DNA of 64,000 nucleotides from Camelus ferus (Eukaryota), in assembly GCF_009834535.1 (NCBI RefSeq), contig NC_045697.1, positions 109,432,001-109,496,000 on the forward strand, read 5' to 3'. The notes beneath the pieces are model-generated. The model was not told where the DNA came from and ran no database searches. It saw only the letters and a program-made list of their open reading frames with translations. Numbering within the stretch: position 1 is the stretch's first letter; the number at the start of each line of letters is the position of its first letter. Positions 47,261 through 59,855 of the stretch are shown one piece after another. Position numbers and translations under genes: made by a program.

Positions 47261-50200
47261 TTGTAATTTCAATCTAAGAGCCCAGATTGGTGTTATGTAC
47301 CTTTCTTTCACATTCATTTATTAATGCAAGTGGTTGACGTCTTTTCTTTGTTTCCCACCACTGGACTTGTTTCCTGAGCCTGGAGGTTTCCTCCCACGCC
47401 TCCTACAGGTCATCTCTGCCTGGACATCCCCCGTCTAGGAAGTGTCTCCTGCCCGCCCCAACCTACTCAGACACAGACACGCTCAGACTCTGTTTCACGG
47501 GTCCTTCCCAAGGCCCTGGGAGGGAGCCTAGGAGTGTGTTCACACGGTTATGTTTTTATTAAATTTTCAGAAGTAAAATATATTGTGTATTTTTTTCCCC
47601 CTTAAACAACCCCTCCCCACCCCAAGCAATAAGTTTCAAGCCCCACAAGGACAGATCTGCCCTTGCCAGGGACGTGTTGGGTGCTCAGTACAAAACGGAA
47701 TTGAATGAAACTCATGGAGTGTAGGGCTCAGTAGCTTTTCTAGCATTTAGGCGAGGAACCTTTTGTTCACCTGACACTTGGTTCCGTGGGCTCATGAAGA
47801 ATACGGTAGCAATGAAAGAGATGCTTTTCGAAGGTTTTTAACAGTTAAGGTTTTTAAGTTATTTTCTGGGCAGTATGTGTGTTTATGCAATCATGTGTTC
47901 CCAAACTTTGTTACTCAGAAGTTGAAAGTCTGTTTTGGCACATGCCTGATTTCCTGTGATAACCTAGTTAAATTACTCAGTGCGCTTATAGCTGCTGCTG
48001 CTTCTTTGTTTTTTTAAGACTCACTCTGTGATTCACCTCTTTTAAACTTTATATGGAGTTAGGAGTCTTTTGGGACCCTATTTTAATGTCTTGAGAATTT
48101 GCCCGACTTGAGTGATGAGGTTTCAAGGTGATTTGTTTACCTCACTAGTTTTCTTCCTAAACTTATTTCAAGTGTGTATTTAATAACGGGGTGAAAAGAA
48201 CCCACGAAGCCTTTTGCCGAGCAGAACGTTTCTGAACGGGGCGCACCCGCAGGACGGTCCCTTGACTCCAGCCTGGGCCGAGTTTAGAACTGAGGCAAGT
48301 CAGCAGGTGTTTGAGTTCTTACAAGTTCCCCCCGAACGTGCTCTGCCCTGTGACGGTAGGGTTGACCACTTAATGTAGAAATGTCATTTCCTGAGCAACT
48401 TTCCCTGTTGGATGCTCCTGAGTATTTCAAAAGGCAGTGTTTTGGGTGTCAGAGAAAGCTGTGGCAGCCAGGGGGCGAGGCGGGGCATCCAGGAGCAGAT
48501 CCGAAGAGGAAGCAGAACCAGACGCGGCTGAGCCCAGGGTCGAGGTCTGTGAAAATAAGCAGCATGTGCCATTAGCTGAGCAACTGTTACTGGCCTAGAA
48601 AAGCTTGAAAACACAGTGAAGAACTTAGCTTTGTCTCAGCATTAGCTCGCCCTGCAGGGAAATCGTGTGTGACAACGCCGCGTGTGTGATGTTGCAGGGT
48701 GGGGGGCGGGCTAGACTTGTGAGATTCTGGCTTCGTGATGCTTGGAAAGGCAGAATTGGGTTAAGTTATTGAGAAATTTCATATTGATTCAAATCATGGG
48801 TGATAGTTTCAAAAAAATAAAGACAGACTTTGGTATCAGTTAGTATAGGTTTCCTGTAAAACTCAGTGCCTATCTGGGGGCCCAGACTCTCTTCGCAGTA
48901 TCCTGAGGGTAGTTCAGAGCCAGTGTTCAGCTTTTGGATGGAATCTTAGACTCCGGGGGACACAGTGCTGGTCATTTAGGCATTGACTGGTGGGTCTTTC
49001 CCTTGTCTGTTTGCTCCACATCAGGGCAGCCACCTGGGAATCCTAGTTGTTGGGGTCCTACAGACATTGGTTCATTTGCTGTATTTTAAACTCTTGACCA
49101 CCTTTCTGTCTGCCCTGTGATCAGTTTATAGTCTTTATGCGCAGTACGTTTCTGCCCGCCCTCCTGGAGGGGTGGTACTCTCTTGTGTGAGTGGCTTGTC
49201 AAGTGGGTGAGTTGGCCGTGGGCGTTCAGAGTGGATGGGATGGGGTGGCGGCAGGCGATACTTTGTGTTCTTTGCTTAGAGATTTGGTTGAGAAAGCTCT
49301 CTGCGATTTCGACAACACTTGTCCTGATGTCATACATAAATATTATCTTTCTGAGTTGCTTGCTTGGGGCCAAGCTTTCAAGGAGAGTTGCTGAAGTGAC
49401 AAAAGCTGTGATAGAAAATTTGGTAGTGGCCCAGCGTACTTAGTTTTGAAGTTGAAGACTTTGGACCCAAACCCAAATGGATCATAGGTCTCCCACTTTT
49501 ATCCTTGCCTTGGGGGCTGTGAAGTTGTACTCAAACCTCAGGTGACACTGACATCAAAGTGGAGAGAAACTAGGACAAAAGCAGGGAGACACTTAATTGC
49601 TGTGGGAGGAGTTTGAACATCTTTACCTGTTGGCCAGCACGTTTTGAGGATGCACTGTGAGCAATCTGAAACTTGAATTCTTGGGTCTGCATTAGAGGGA
49701 AACAGTGGGCAAATGTAATTTTAAAGCAGATACATGAATTTAGTGCATATATGACCTGGCCAATTGTAGCAGCAGGGACAAAGGAAAATGGTCCTTCAGG
49801 CGGTCGGATCAATTGGTGCCCTCTTCTTGGTTTGCATCAGAGCCAAGTGGCTTCTTAGGCTTTGAGGCAGAAATTCACTGAGTCTCTAGGAAGATGGCCT
49901 CTTGGCTGTTGTCACACTCTTCTTTCACACAAGGACTCTTTGAAGAACTGCTCTACCAAGGGTCTGCTGGGTGTAAGAAACAGGGTTGGATGCCGTGGAG
50001 GACAGGGAAGTCTGACAGCCCTCGCTCGACCACAGGGAATTTACAGTGATGCATGTGAAAACAAAACTGGCAGGGTGAAGCCCAGGACAGAAATGCCACG
50101 TGAGGGATGCAGGGACCTCCCGGGCCTGGACAGACATGCCCTTTTCTTCCTCTGATCTGACTTAGGGGGTGGGGGTCTCTGGAGGCTTTGAACATCTGTG

Positions 50201-51209
50201 GTCCATCTTCTTGGGTGCTGATTTTACTTAAGATTTGGGAGATTTTTTTAAAAAAAATCTTAAACCTCAAAGCTAGAGTGCTTAGTTTGTATCTTAAGAA
50301 TAGACAATGAGCCTTTAATTATTTTTCACATTTTAGGCAGGAAGCTGGGGAGGCCCCGGGCCCCCGGGGCAGATTAGTGTCCTGTATCGGGCGCTGAGGC
50401 GGGGAGGTGGAGAAGCAGTGGCTCGAGCTCGGGAAGGAAGACCTCTCCTTTCCCTAATGACTGGCTGGGCTGGGCCAGGAGCCCTTTGAGTTACACGTGG
50501 GGCCGGGGATTCGTACTTGAGTTGGGTTAATGATCACAGGTAAAGACCTGGAGCATGGCTTAGTTTCTCTTTGGAGCCAGTTAATGGGAAGCCCTGAGGA
50601 ACCTTCTAGGGGATGGTCGGAGCGTATGCTTTTTCTGTTGAGGTCTTTGTATGCAGCAGTTCAGTGGCGCCCTGAGGTTGTAGAGCAGGTGGCCCACGTG
50701 GATGGGCTGCAGGAATGGGTGGGTGGAGGGACTTGCAGTCCTGTCCCGACTCTGCCCCCAGGGAAGCCAGTGCCCTGTGTGTGTGTGAGAGACAGGGGCC
50801 AGGGGCCAGGGGAACCCCGAGCGGGGACACACACAGGCTTCAGCCACTTTCAGTGGTGTCCTCTTGGGCCTTGTCTCTTCACGTGTAGACTGGGGACGAT
50901 ACCTACTCTTCTGGGGTGGCCGAGGAGACAACTTGTATCAGGTGAATATGTGTTAGGTATTTGGCTAATTGTGGTGGTTGTGTTCGGGGTAATGGTGCTG
51001 ATATCATTGGAAGGGAAAGGGGTGGCTGTTTCTCCCAGGAAAATTCTGGGCCCTGGCTTTCTAGGCAGGAGTGTCTCAGTACACGTATCCGCCCCTGATG
51101 TGCTGGTTAGGAAGTAGACAGTCTGTGCATCCCCCAAGAAAAATATGTCTTGTTAAATACAGATGGACCCTAGTTTAGATATGATACGTTCCCAAAGACT
51201 GCTCTTTTA

Positions 51210-51570
51210 AAACCTTTATTTATTTTAATTGTGATACATGTATATATAATATACAATTTACCATTTTAACCATTTTTGAGTATACAGTTTAGTGGCATTA
51301 AATACATTCATGCTGTGCGACCATCACCACCGTCCATCCACAGAACTCTTTTCATCTTGCGAAACTGCAGCTCTGTGCTTTTTACCTACCGGCTCCATTC
51401 CTGGTCCCCCAGCCCCTGACAGCCACGCTTCTGCTTCCTGCTACTATGAGCATGACCACCCTCAGCACCTCGTGTAAGTGGAAGCATCACAGTGTTTGTC
51501 CTTCGGGGACTGGCTTATTTCACTGAGCGTCATGTCCTCGAGGTTCTTTCCGGTTGGAGCCTGTGTGGTC
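51210..51570 (-). mobile_element. L1MB-type 3' end
   Basis: tttaccattttaaccatttttgagtatacag...ggggactggcttatttcactgagc. Confidence 0.85.
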
Positions 51571-54500
51571 TCTGTTTTGCTGTTGTTCTTTGTTTTATTT
51601 CTTATTCTTGTTACAGAAGAGATACGTGTTAATTTCACAGTCTTTCAACAATGTAGAGAAGGAGGCAGACACTCCGGAACGCTCCTGCTGAACATAACCC
51701 CTGCGAGTCTGGTGTCCGCTTCTCCTGAGGCTGTGTCTCAGAGCAGAATGGCTTAGAGTAGAATTGCATGTACACTGGGGCCTCTGGCCTCCCCTCTGGA
51801 TGTGAGGGAACCGTGGGATCTGAGTCGTGAAGACAGTGGGGACTCAAGCGTGAGTCAGTCTGGGGCTGTGGTGGGGGAGCTGGGAGAGACCATGGAACAG
51901 AGAAGTGGGAACCCTTAACCGCCTTTTATGAAATGGGACATTCTCATCTTTGAAGCTTCAGCTTGTGGGTTTTGAGTTCCTGTTGTGTGCCCTTTAATTT
52001 CAACTTTCTAAGTTCCTAAGGGTGTAGTAAATAGGTGTGCTGGCTTTCATTATGTGCAAATATTAGGAGGCCTCAGAAGGATGGGCTCTTTTCTTCGGGG
52101 GATGGGCGGTGGTGGGTGGTGGGCTGGGATGGAGGCCATGTGCTGGGCATCAGGTGAGGCAGGATGGAAGCAAAGGAAGATTCAGGGCTAAGAAGGTCCA
52201 GGGTGTAGCTTTCAAGAAGACTGGCCCCTCCCCCTGCCTCTGGCTCCTTCTGAGAGTATTCTGATCTCTGCCTGCCTGACTCTCTGGCCTGTGCCTTCAC
52301 TCTGCTAGATGAAGTTCTCTCAGAGTAAGGTCCTTCTGTTTTTAATTTTTGCAGCCCCAGCACGTCACTGGGGTGCCTTTAGTAGATGTTTCTGGAATGA
52401 GTCGAGAGCTTGCCTAGAAGGTGGCCGTTCCCAGCTCTCAGTGTTCGCCACGCCTGTTTCCATCCGCCCCTCAATTTTTCCATTCTTTACTTTCACTCTG
52501 GTCCTTACACCCCAACCCACAGGGCCTCCCCATCCTCCCACTCCTACCTCCCACGGACCACTTTCAGCTCTGGGTTGGCCTGAGGCCCTGCCTATAGTTG
52601 CCTTTGGTGATTCGGAAAAGTCAGAGGAAATCCCCGTGGCCTTTGCCCGGGCCGGAGGGCTCCTGGGTTTTCCCTTAGCCCACTCTGAGTACTCGGTGGT
52701 TCGGCTTTACAGGACTTCAGGATTGCGTAGGTTTTTGTGGCTTTGTCTATTCACTTAACTATCATGTAATATCTGTATGGTACTGTGTTTTCTTTGGTCT
52801 TAAAAAACAATTGAAGAACATTGTGCCTATAGGACGACCTGTATTTTTCTCTTTGGACATTTGTTGTGTCTTTACCATTTCACTTCAAAATAAGACCCAG
52901 AATAGAGTTTCCTGTGAAGGTAAAGTCCCATGTGTTATGTCAGACATCAGCAAACCACGTTCATGAAAACAGTCAGGATTACGATGCTTTTTAAGTAGAA
53001 GTATTTGTGAAATTTAGGGATTTCCTAAAGTTTATCTCCATTACTGTCTGTTGAATGGGATTCCTTCTGTGAGACGTGAGGTTAGGCAGTTCGCCTGAGG
53101 CTGGAGAAGGGGGCAGATGTCTCAGGAATGAGATGGAGAGGGGAGAGAGGCATAATAGTAAACAAAAAATTAAACTTTTAAAAGAAAGCATCACTGCATT
53201 GTGTGGGATGAGACTAGATCAGATGCAAAGCCCGAAGGTAAGACCTGGGGTAAAAAAGAAGGGAAAGTCTTTGAGGAAGAGGAACTGAGGTTCAGAAATG
53301 CATTAAGGCTAACATTTGCACAGTTGGGTGGCTGTTTTGAAGGAGGTGCTGAGGGGAGCAGTCAGAAAGGAGGTTGCGTGCTTCTAGCTAACCTCAGGTT
53401 TTGCTGTTGAATTTTCCTGTGCTCTTGAGTTAGCATATTCTTACTGACGGGATTGTAGGAAATAGCCTGCAGTTAGCTCGTGTTAAAATTAAAGTGAATG
53501 TCCGAATGGAAACCACACCCAGAAAAGAAGCTATCACCCTCACTGTGCAGTCAGCCTCATAGATTTTACAGAAAGTTTTTTTTTGTTTTTTACCCGGGGT
53601 CAGGGTGATACCTGGGATTCCAGCCAATCAACAGAGGCCACAGGCAGTCAGGTAAGGGAGGCCATCCTAGGGGAACATCAGCCCTGCCCTTACTTCTCAC
53701 AGTTTTCTGACTACGTTTCTCATTACGAAAGTCGTGTTTGGTGTAGCAAGATGAGCTAATTCAGTAAAGGCCAACCGGGATCGGGGCCGCCCTACTCTCC
53801 TCACTGAGGCTGTTTGACCAGCACACCTCACTCTGCGTGTGCAAGGCTGGCTTTCTCTCCCATCTTTCTTTAAGTCACTTCTGTTTGACTTTTTCGTTCT
53901 CTCCTGCAGAAAGTCAAAGGGGGAATTGGGCCACTGGCTGTGTGTGCTAGGTAGCCCTTCACAAAGCTCTGCTCCCTGAGAGTTCCCTTCCGGTGCACGT
54001 GGTTTGGGGAAGGGCGCCGATGCACACGGCCAGGGAGGAGGGGACGGCCAGGAGCCGTGGCTACTTGGGACCGGCAGACCACGTCTTCGCCTAATACTTT
54101 GTAAATTTTAAAGACACCAAAAAGAAAGGTAGCTCATCACAGGCACAGAAGTATATAGTTTTTAATGGTGGACACTGCTGGCAGGTAAAGTGTGTCACAG
54201 GGAAGTCATATATTTGTTTGTTCTGTGTGTTGTTTTGGAGACAGCTTATATAATAGCTGTCTGTGCTTTTTGTCTGTTTTCAGGGACTCTGGTGAAGAAG
54301 GTAAGCTTATCTAGTAGCACATGATTGGTTGGTAGGAGGCCTGGGTTTCTCACGTGGCTTCTAGCTCGATCCCTGACCATGGCAGGTGGTCCTCTGGGCT
54401 TCCACTTCCTGGCCTGCCAAAGGAGAGATTCAGACGCTGTGGTCTATAAGGTCACGGCTAACACAGAAGCTCAGGGTTATGGCTTGAGTTTATTGCTTTA

Positions 54501-55714
54501 TGTTAATTATTTAGAGGACTTGTCCCTGGGTCTTAGGTTTTGTGCAGCATTGTCACTGCTGTTTGTTTGATGCCTTTAGCTAGAACGTATGTAGCCCTTT
54601 GATTTTACAGTTTTAGTGTTGTAGTTTCTATGGGAAGATCTGATTGGCTTTCTGTGCCGGCTTCTAGGAGGTACTGTGGTGAGGGGAGCGGGGACTGTCT
54701 CTGGGGAAGGATGGCTCCCCTTGAAGACTGGGTGGTGCTGCCCCCTGACAGTGCTGAGGGTGTGGCCGGCACTCTGTCCAGTATCGACGGGTGACCTGCC
54801 CCTGCCCGAGTGTTAGCCTTTCCTGCCTTAGTGGACCACCTTGCCTTTGTTTTTCCTTCCTTCCATCTTTTTGGTACCATAGTTTTACAACTTGGGAGGC
54901 TTCTTTGATTTCTGGTCCTGTATGTTTCGAGTGTTGGCCACACTGGTTGTGTGAGCAGCTGCTCTCTCCCCTGGTCCGCCCCGAATTTCTCGGGCACGCA
55001 GTAAACCCCCGCCTGCCTGCGCCTGACGGGCCCCCGCCGCTGACTTCTGTCTCTCTGACGCGGATAGCAGTGTGGAGTCAATGGGATTTCAGATCTGGGG
55101 GTGAAATAGTTTAGCCTCCACTTACTTTTAGATTTTGACATTAGGTAATATAAAACAGGTGACAGCTTGCCTCTTTAAAGAGCAGGTTACTTTTAAAAAT
55201 GTAAATTTACAAATCGACAGAACCCAGTGTATGAAAACAGGACAGAGAGTAAGCTGCTCTGGAGCTCCTGGCCGTTGGCACTGGTAGATCTGTGTGGGTT
55301 GGAGAATGTAAGTTTTATGTTTAGTGCATCCTTTTCCAGTTACTGGAGAAAACTATGTGGCATGTTTGAAAATACTGAAAAAAGAGAACTGGTTTTAAAA
55401 ATAGAGTGTGCAGACTGGTTGCAGTAATGCAGATAATCTATCCACCTGTGAACGTGCAGGGGGAAACCTCTGGGTTTAAAAACAAAACAGTTTAAAGCGA
55501 TGAGAACAAGTGTCGGTTTAAAAGCAGGTAGAGGAAGGAAGGACTGACTTGAGAACGTGATGAAACAGCTTTCTCACTTCCATTTCCTCCTACCTTCCTC
55601 CTTTTACTTTCTTGAAAATATTGGTGTTGCCTCTTGGGGGCGCCCTTCCTAGGCCTGTCTCCTAGTGTTTGTTTCAGGAAGGCAATTACAACATGTGACA
55701 ACCTCAGTTTTAAT

Positions 55715-55876
55715 ATTTTTTATTTATTCATCATCATGTAATTTAATGATTTTATTTGGGCCGGGGGGAGGGGGAGGTAATCAGATTTATTTATTTTTAG
55801 AGGACGTACTGGGGATTGAACCCAGGACCTCCTGCATGCTAAGCATGCACTCTACCACTTGAGCTACACCCTCCCC
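55715..55876 (-). mobile_element. tRNA-Ala-derived camelid SINE (Vic-1-like)
   Basis: Near-consensus head; tcagtttta on both flanks. Confidence 0.92.
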
Positions 55877-57433
55877 TGAGGGCTTCAGTTTTAGAGTTTC
55901 TGGTGGAAAGAGCACTGGGAGAAAGGGGCTTGGTCTGGGTGGGGAGCGTGCGGGCTGGAGATAGGGTGGACTCTGGAACATCACATCGGCCTGGCTTCTT
56001 ATCTGGCTTGTATGCTGTAGGTGATGTGAGGCGCTGCAGTTTTGCTCTGTTTCTGTGGGGCACCTTTCTACTTCGTCTGATCTGGGAGGCTTGTGTCCTC
56101 TGGATTAAGTAAGGAAGGGAGGGTCCTGGGAGGTGAGGAAGGCCCTTCCATCGCCTTTCCCCTCCTTGTCCAGAGGGCTCCGGAGACCATTCATCAGTTG
56201 TCAGTTCCATGATTATTGGTGATTTCCAGGATATTTTGTGATTAATTTTATCCCGATGAGAAATTACACTGAATTCCATGTCCATGAACGCTGACTCTCA
56301 CCCGTACAAGATGGAAATGTTCCATTCCATGTAGGGTTGGTGGTACTGGCAGTAGTAGAAGAAATGATGTGATTACTTTGAACTTTCTGTTTGAAGAAAT
56401 TGCATGCTTCTAAAATGTGGTAGATGGGATGGAATCCTTTTACAAAAGAAATGAAAGTAAAATTTCCACTTAAATGAGCAAACGTTTGTGGGCGTGCGTC
56501 TTCCACCCCCTCAAGCCCATCTTGAAGAGAAACTCAGTGTATGTTTCCACTTACCGGAAGTATGTCAAGTCAGAGACCTGTGTGGACTCCTTATTTAGAA
56601 GCAGACGCTTCTGCTTTGGAAGGGAGTGGGTTGAAAGAAGTAGAAAAACCAATGAGAAGACTGAGTGGGAGAGAATCTTAATGCAGGTACAAATGTGATG
56701 CCAAATTAATCTAGGAGTAAAAGTAGTTTATTCACAGAAGACAAATTAAGAAATTAACATGCACCTCTGTGGCACATGGTGTGTTCTCTGGTCAGCTCCT
56801 TGTGATGGAAATGATTCCATTTGCTCGAGAGACCTCTCCTCCCTCCCCACCCTATCCAGGTAACTGTGGGAGAGTTTTCGGATTTGACATATGCCTGCTT
56901 TTAGAAATCACACGGTGTATTGAATTAAGTAAGATCTGATTGCAAAAATGGACTCTGTGGGCTGTTACACAAGATGTTACCATATGTTGGTTTCACGAGA
57001 CCTCACACACGCTTTAAGAGAAGAACCACTGACATTATTTCAAACCTGAGTGGTTCATAGTTCATACTGGTGTCAGATGTCCTGTTCGCAACACCTAGAT
57101 TTCTTGCTGTTTCTGCTGTTCTTTTTTCTCGGGTCTCTGCTGCTGCTCTGAGAATACCAACTTCTTGTTTGTGGTCAGGGGCTTTTATGCATTTACAGGA
57201 TCTCATGCTGTGTTGGACGTATAGTCCAGAAAATAGTGTGTAAGAAATGCTGGTTGACTTTGGGCAGATCTTGATCATGCTGATATTAGAGCTTCCAGGT
57301 GAAGGTTGTTTTACGATGTTTTTAAAATTAACCCTATCTGTTCAGTTCAAATATCATTCATTTGGTGAATGACAGAATTTGGGGGCAGAGAGTCAGTTTA
57401 TTGGATGATACAAATCAGGATGCTAAAGATCTT

Positions 57434-57490
57434 TAAAAAAATTTTTTTTAAATTGAAGTATAGTCGATTTAAAATGTTGCGTTAATTTTA
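57434..57490 (-). mobile_element. Ultra-short L1 tail
   Basis: attgaagtatagtcgatttaaaatgttgcgttaattt; TSD aaagatctt. Confidence 0.8.
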
Positions 57491-58229
57491 AAAGATCTTG
57501 ACAGACTGCATTTTGAGCTAAATCAAAGAAGAAATTCAAAAGGTATCTGAATGAGCATGGTCCCCACAGGAAGGGGAAATGCAGAGTAGAGAGGCCAGTG
57601 GGGGAGGGAGACCGGAGGGGTTTGACTGCTTGGGGGCGAACGCCACATGGGTGTGTCAGAGGCGAGGGCCTCTCATCACAGTAGGCTGGCCTGCTGGACA
57701 CGGTTTTGGTGACTACTGTTCGGTGCAGCCGTTTCAGAAGCACGTTTAACTCACGGAAGTTCAACCTCTGGATCACGAAGGAGTGAGTGGGTCTTCCCGC
57801 CATGGGACTCTGTGGCTGGCTGGCGCAGGGCAGGCGGTGCTGGCCGAGGCAGTGTGCGGGTCCTGGGGTCTCAGCCCACAGGGCGCCCCTGGCTGCGTGG
57901 GCCTAGGGCAGCCTCCTGAGGAGGGATGAGGGGGGCGGTTCCCTGTTGCTCTGGGGCTCCTTCCTGGAGGCCCAGCACCAAGCCTGCCCCCTTGAACCCT
58001 CTCAGTGGTCTCATAAGCACCTAGTTCCCTGTATTAAAATCCCTTTCTGCTGAAAGCAGCTAGCCTGTTCCCTGCAGCCTGACCCTTGCTGGGACTGAAG
58101 CATTTTATAATGGGAATGAGCTGCACTGGAAACATGTTATCACTGGGAGGGTCCCGGAGTGAATGCAGATAGATGGATCGATGGATCTGTGGTCCCTGGA
58201 TGCACACACTCCTACTGCCCTGATGGGTG

Positions 58230-58530
58230 CAGGGGTGGTGGAGTTGCTTGAGGGAGTTATTCCCAAACACAGATTTCCAGGCTCTGTCCCCAGAAATTCT
58301 AATTCAGGAGGAACTGGTGGAGCCCTGGATCCGTAGCTTTTTAAAATTTGTTTAAGTTCTTTTTTTGGGGGGGGTAGTAATTAGGTTTCTTTATTTTTAG
58401 AGGAAGTACTGGGGATTGAACCCAGGACCTCATGCATGCTGAGCATGTGCTCTATCACTTGAGCTATAGTTTTAAAAAGCTGCCCCTGGTTGTCCCTAAG
58501 AAGTGGCCAGACTGGATACCAAGGGACTGA
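58230..58530. mobile_element. MER5-family element split by a SINE
   Basis: acagatttccaggctctgtccccagaaattctaattcagg...aaaagctgcccctggttg. Confidence 0.55.
58345..58468 (-). mobile_element. tRNA-derived camelid SINE lacking its first ~8 nt
   Basis: gtactggggattgaacccaggacctcatgcatgctgagcatg...gagctata. Confidence 0.9.
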
Positions 58531-59688
58531 ATCATTTCTTGACTCTAGGAGCTGATGCTCATGATTCTTTTTAAAAGGGAGGAAATGTTAGGAGCCATAC
58601 ATTTAAAAATTCCACTGCTGGGGGATTTACCTTTTCTTGGATTTAAAGGGATTAATTCTATAACTGCTGCCAGTACGTGGCAGTATTTCTAGTGTGCAGT
58701 GTACAGGGGTTACCCTCTTTTGTTATTACTAGAGGAAAGGAATATATTTGGAAAGTGTTACTGAGTATAGAATGAAAATTGCGTTGTCTGTAATGAGAGT
58801 TAAAAATTTAACTGAATACTTGATATCCGGCGCTTTATTGTATAACTGTGGCATGTCACAGTGTCGTCCCCGCTTTCATCGTGTAAAGTACTGTTAGTGT
58901 AGTTTCTTATCTCTGTTTATAGTTAAAGGGAAGCCACAATGGGGGCTGTTTGAAATACGGAAATGCCTCCTCAGAAGAGAGGTCAAGGGGTTATTTGGAG
59001 AACCGGAGAGTTCAGAATCATTGAGCAGGACTGAAGTTCATTGCGCGCTGCAGGCCCGTGGTTTAAGGATCAGGGCTCACGCGTCCGTGGAGATTGATGG
59101 CAGTGGGAGGACCTGTCTTGGTGTCAGCACTTGTGTCGCTCTTATTTGATCTCCTCCATCTAAAAAAAATTAAGCCCCAAACAAAAGCCCACAATCCCAG
59201 TTCTGATTTCTGCCCTTCTCGTGCTTTTGTACCTTTCGGAAGGTAACATGCCAGTCTAACGCATGAAGTCAAAGGGCGCCTCCTTAATGGAAATGGATTT
59301 CGCCCTGGATGTTTGGAGTCCTCGTAGCAGCAGGGGTTATCTGTCAAGTGGGGCTCCACTGAGGGCCAGGCCTTCCTTCCCCTGCAGCTGCCAGGCTGCT
59401 TGAAATGAGGCGGAGTGATTTTGCACTTGGATAACAGGCAGGAATTAACTGCAGCTTATTACAGAGTGCTGCATAATGACAGGGATGCGGCCCGCGCTCG
59501 GCAAGGGCATCTGCACACGGCATTTTCATTATGCATACGAGGGGTCTGTGTGCACAGAAAGGAAACGAGCCTGGAGGGCTTCTGTGGGGACATGTCTGAG
59601 AAGACGCATCTGTAGAGACAGCCCCCTCTTCCCTTTCCTGCACTGCATCCTGACAGAGTGAATTAGGAGGCTGGCATGTGTACTTGCC

Positions 59689-59855
59689 TTTTTTTTTTTT
59701 TTTCTAAAAAAATCAGCTTTATGAGATATAATACGGATACCATGTAATTCACCCATGTAAAGTCTGCAGTTCGGTGTTTCTTAGTGTATCTGCCAGGTTG
59801 TGCAGGATCACCACCATCTAATTTTAGAGCCTTTCTGTCTCTCCTGAAAGAAGCT
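59689..59855 (-). mobile_element. L1MB-type 3' terminus
   Basis: poly(T), cagctttatgagatataa...caccaccatctaattttag. Confidence 0.8.

Noticed and set aside
48462..48480. CTCF-like motif, also at about 55627 and 63830
   Set aside because: Mismatches at high-information positions.
50530..51117. 195-aa ORF with a hydrophobic stretch
   Set aside because: No recognisable homology; the hydrophobic run comes from GT-rich sequence; no supporting exon structure.
54605..55141. 178-aa minus-strand ORF
   Set aside because: Low-information R/S/P-rich translation of GC-rich DNA with no family resemblance.
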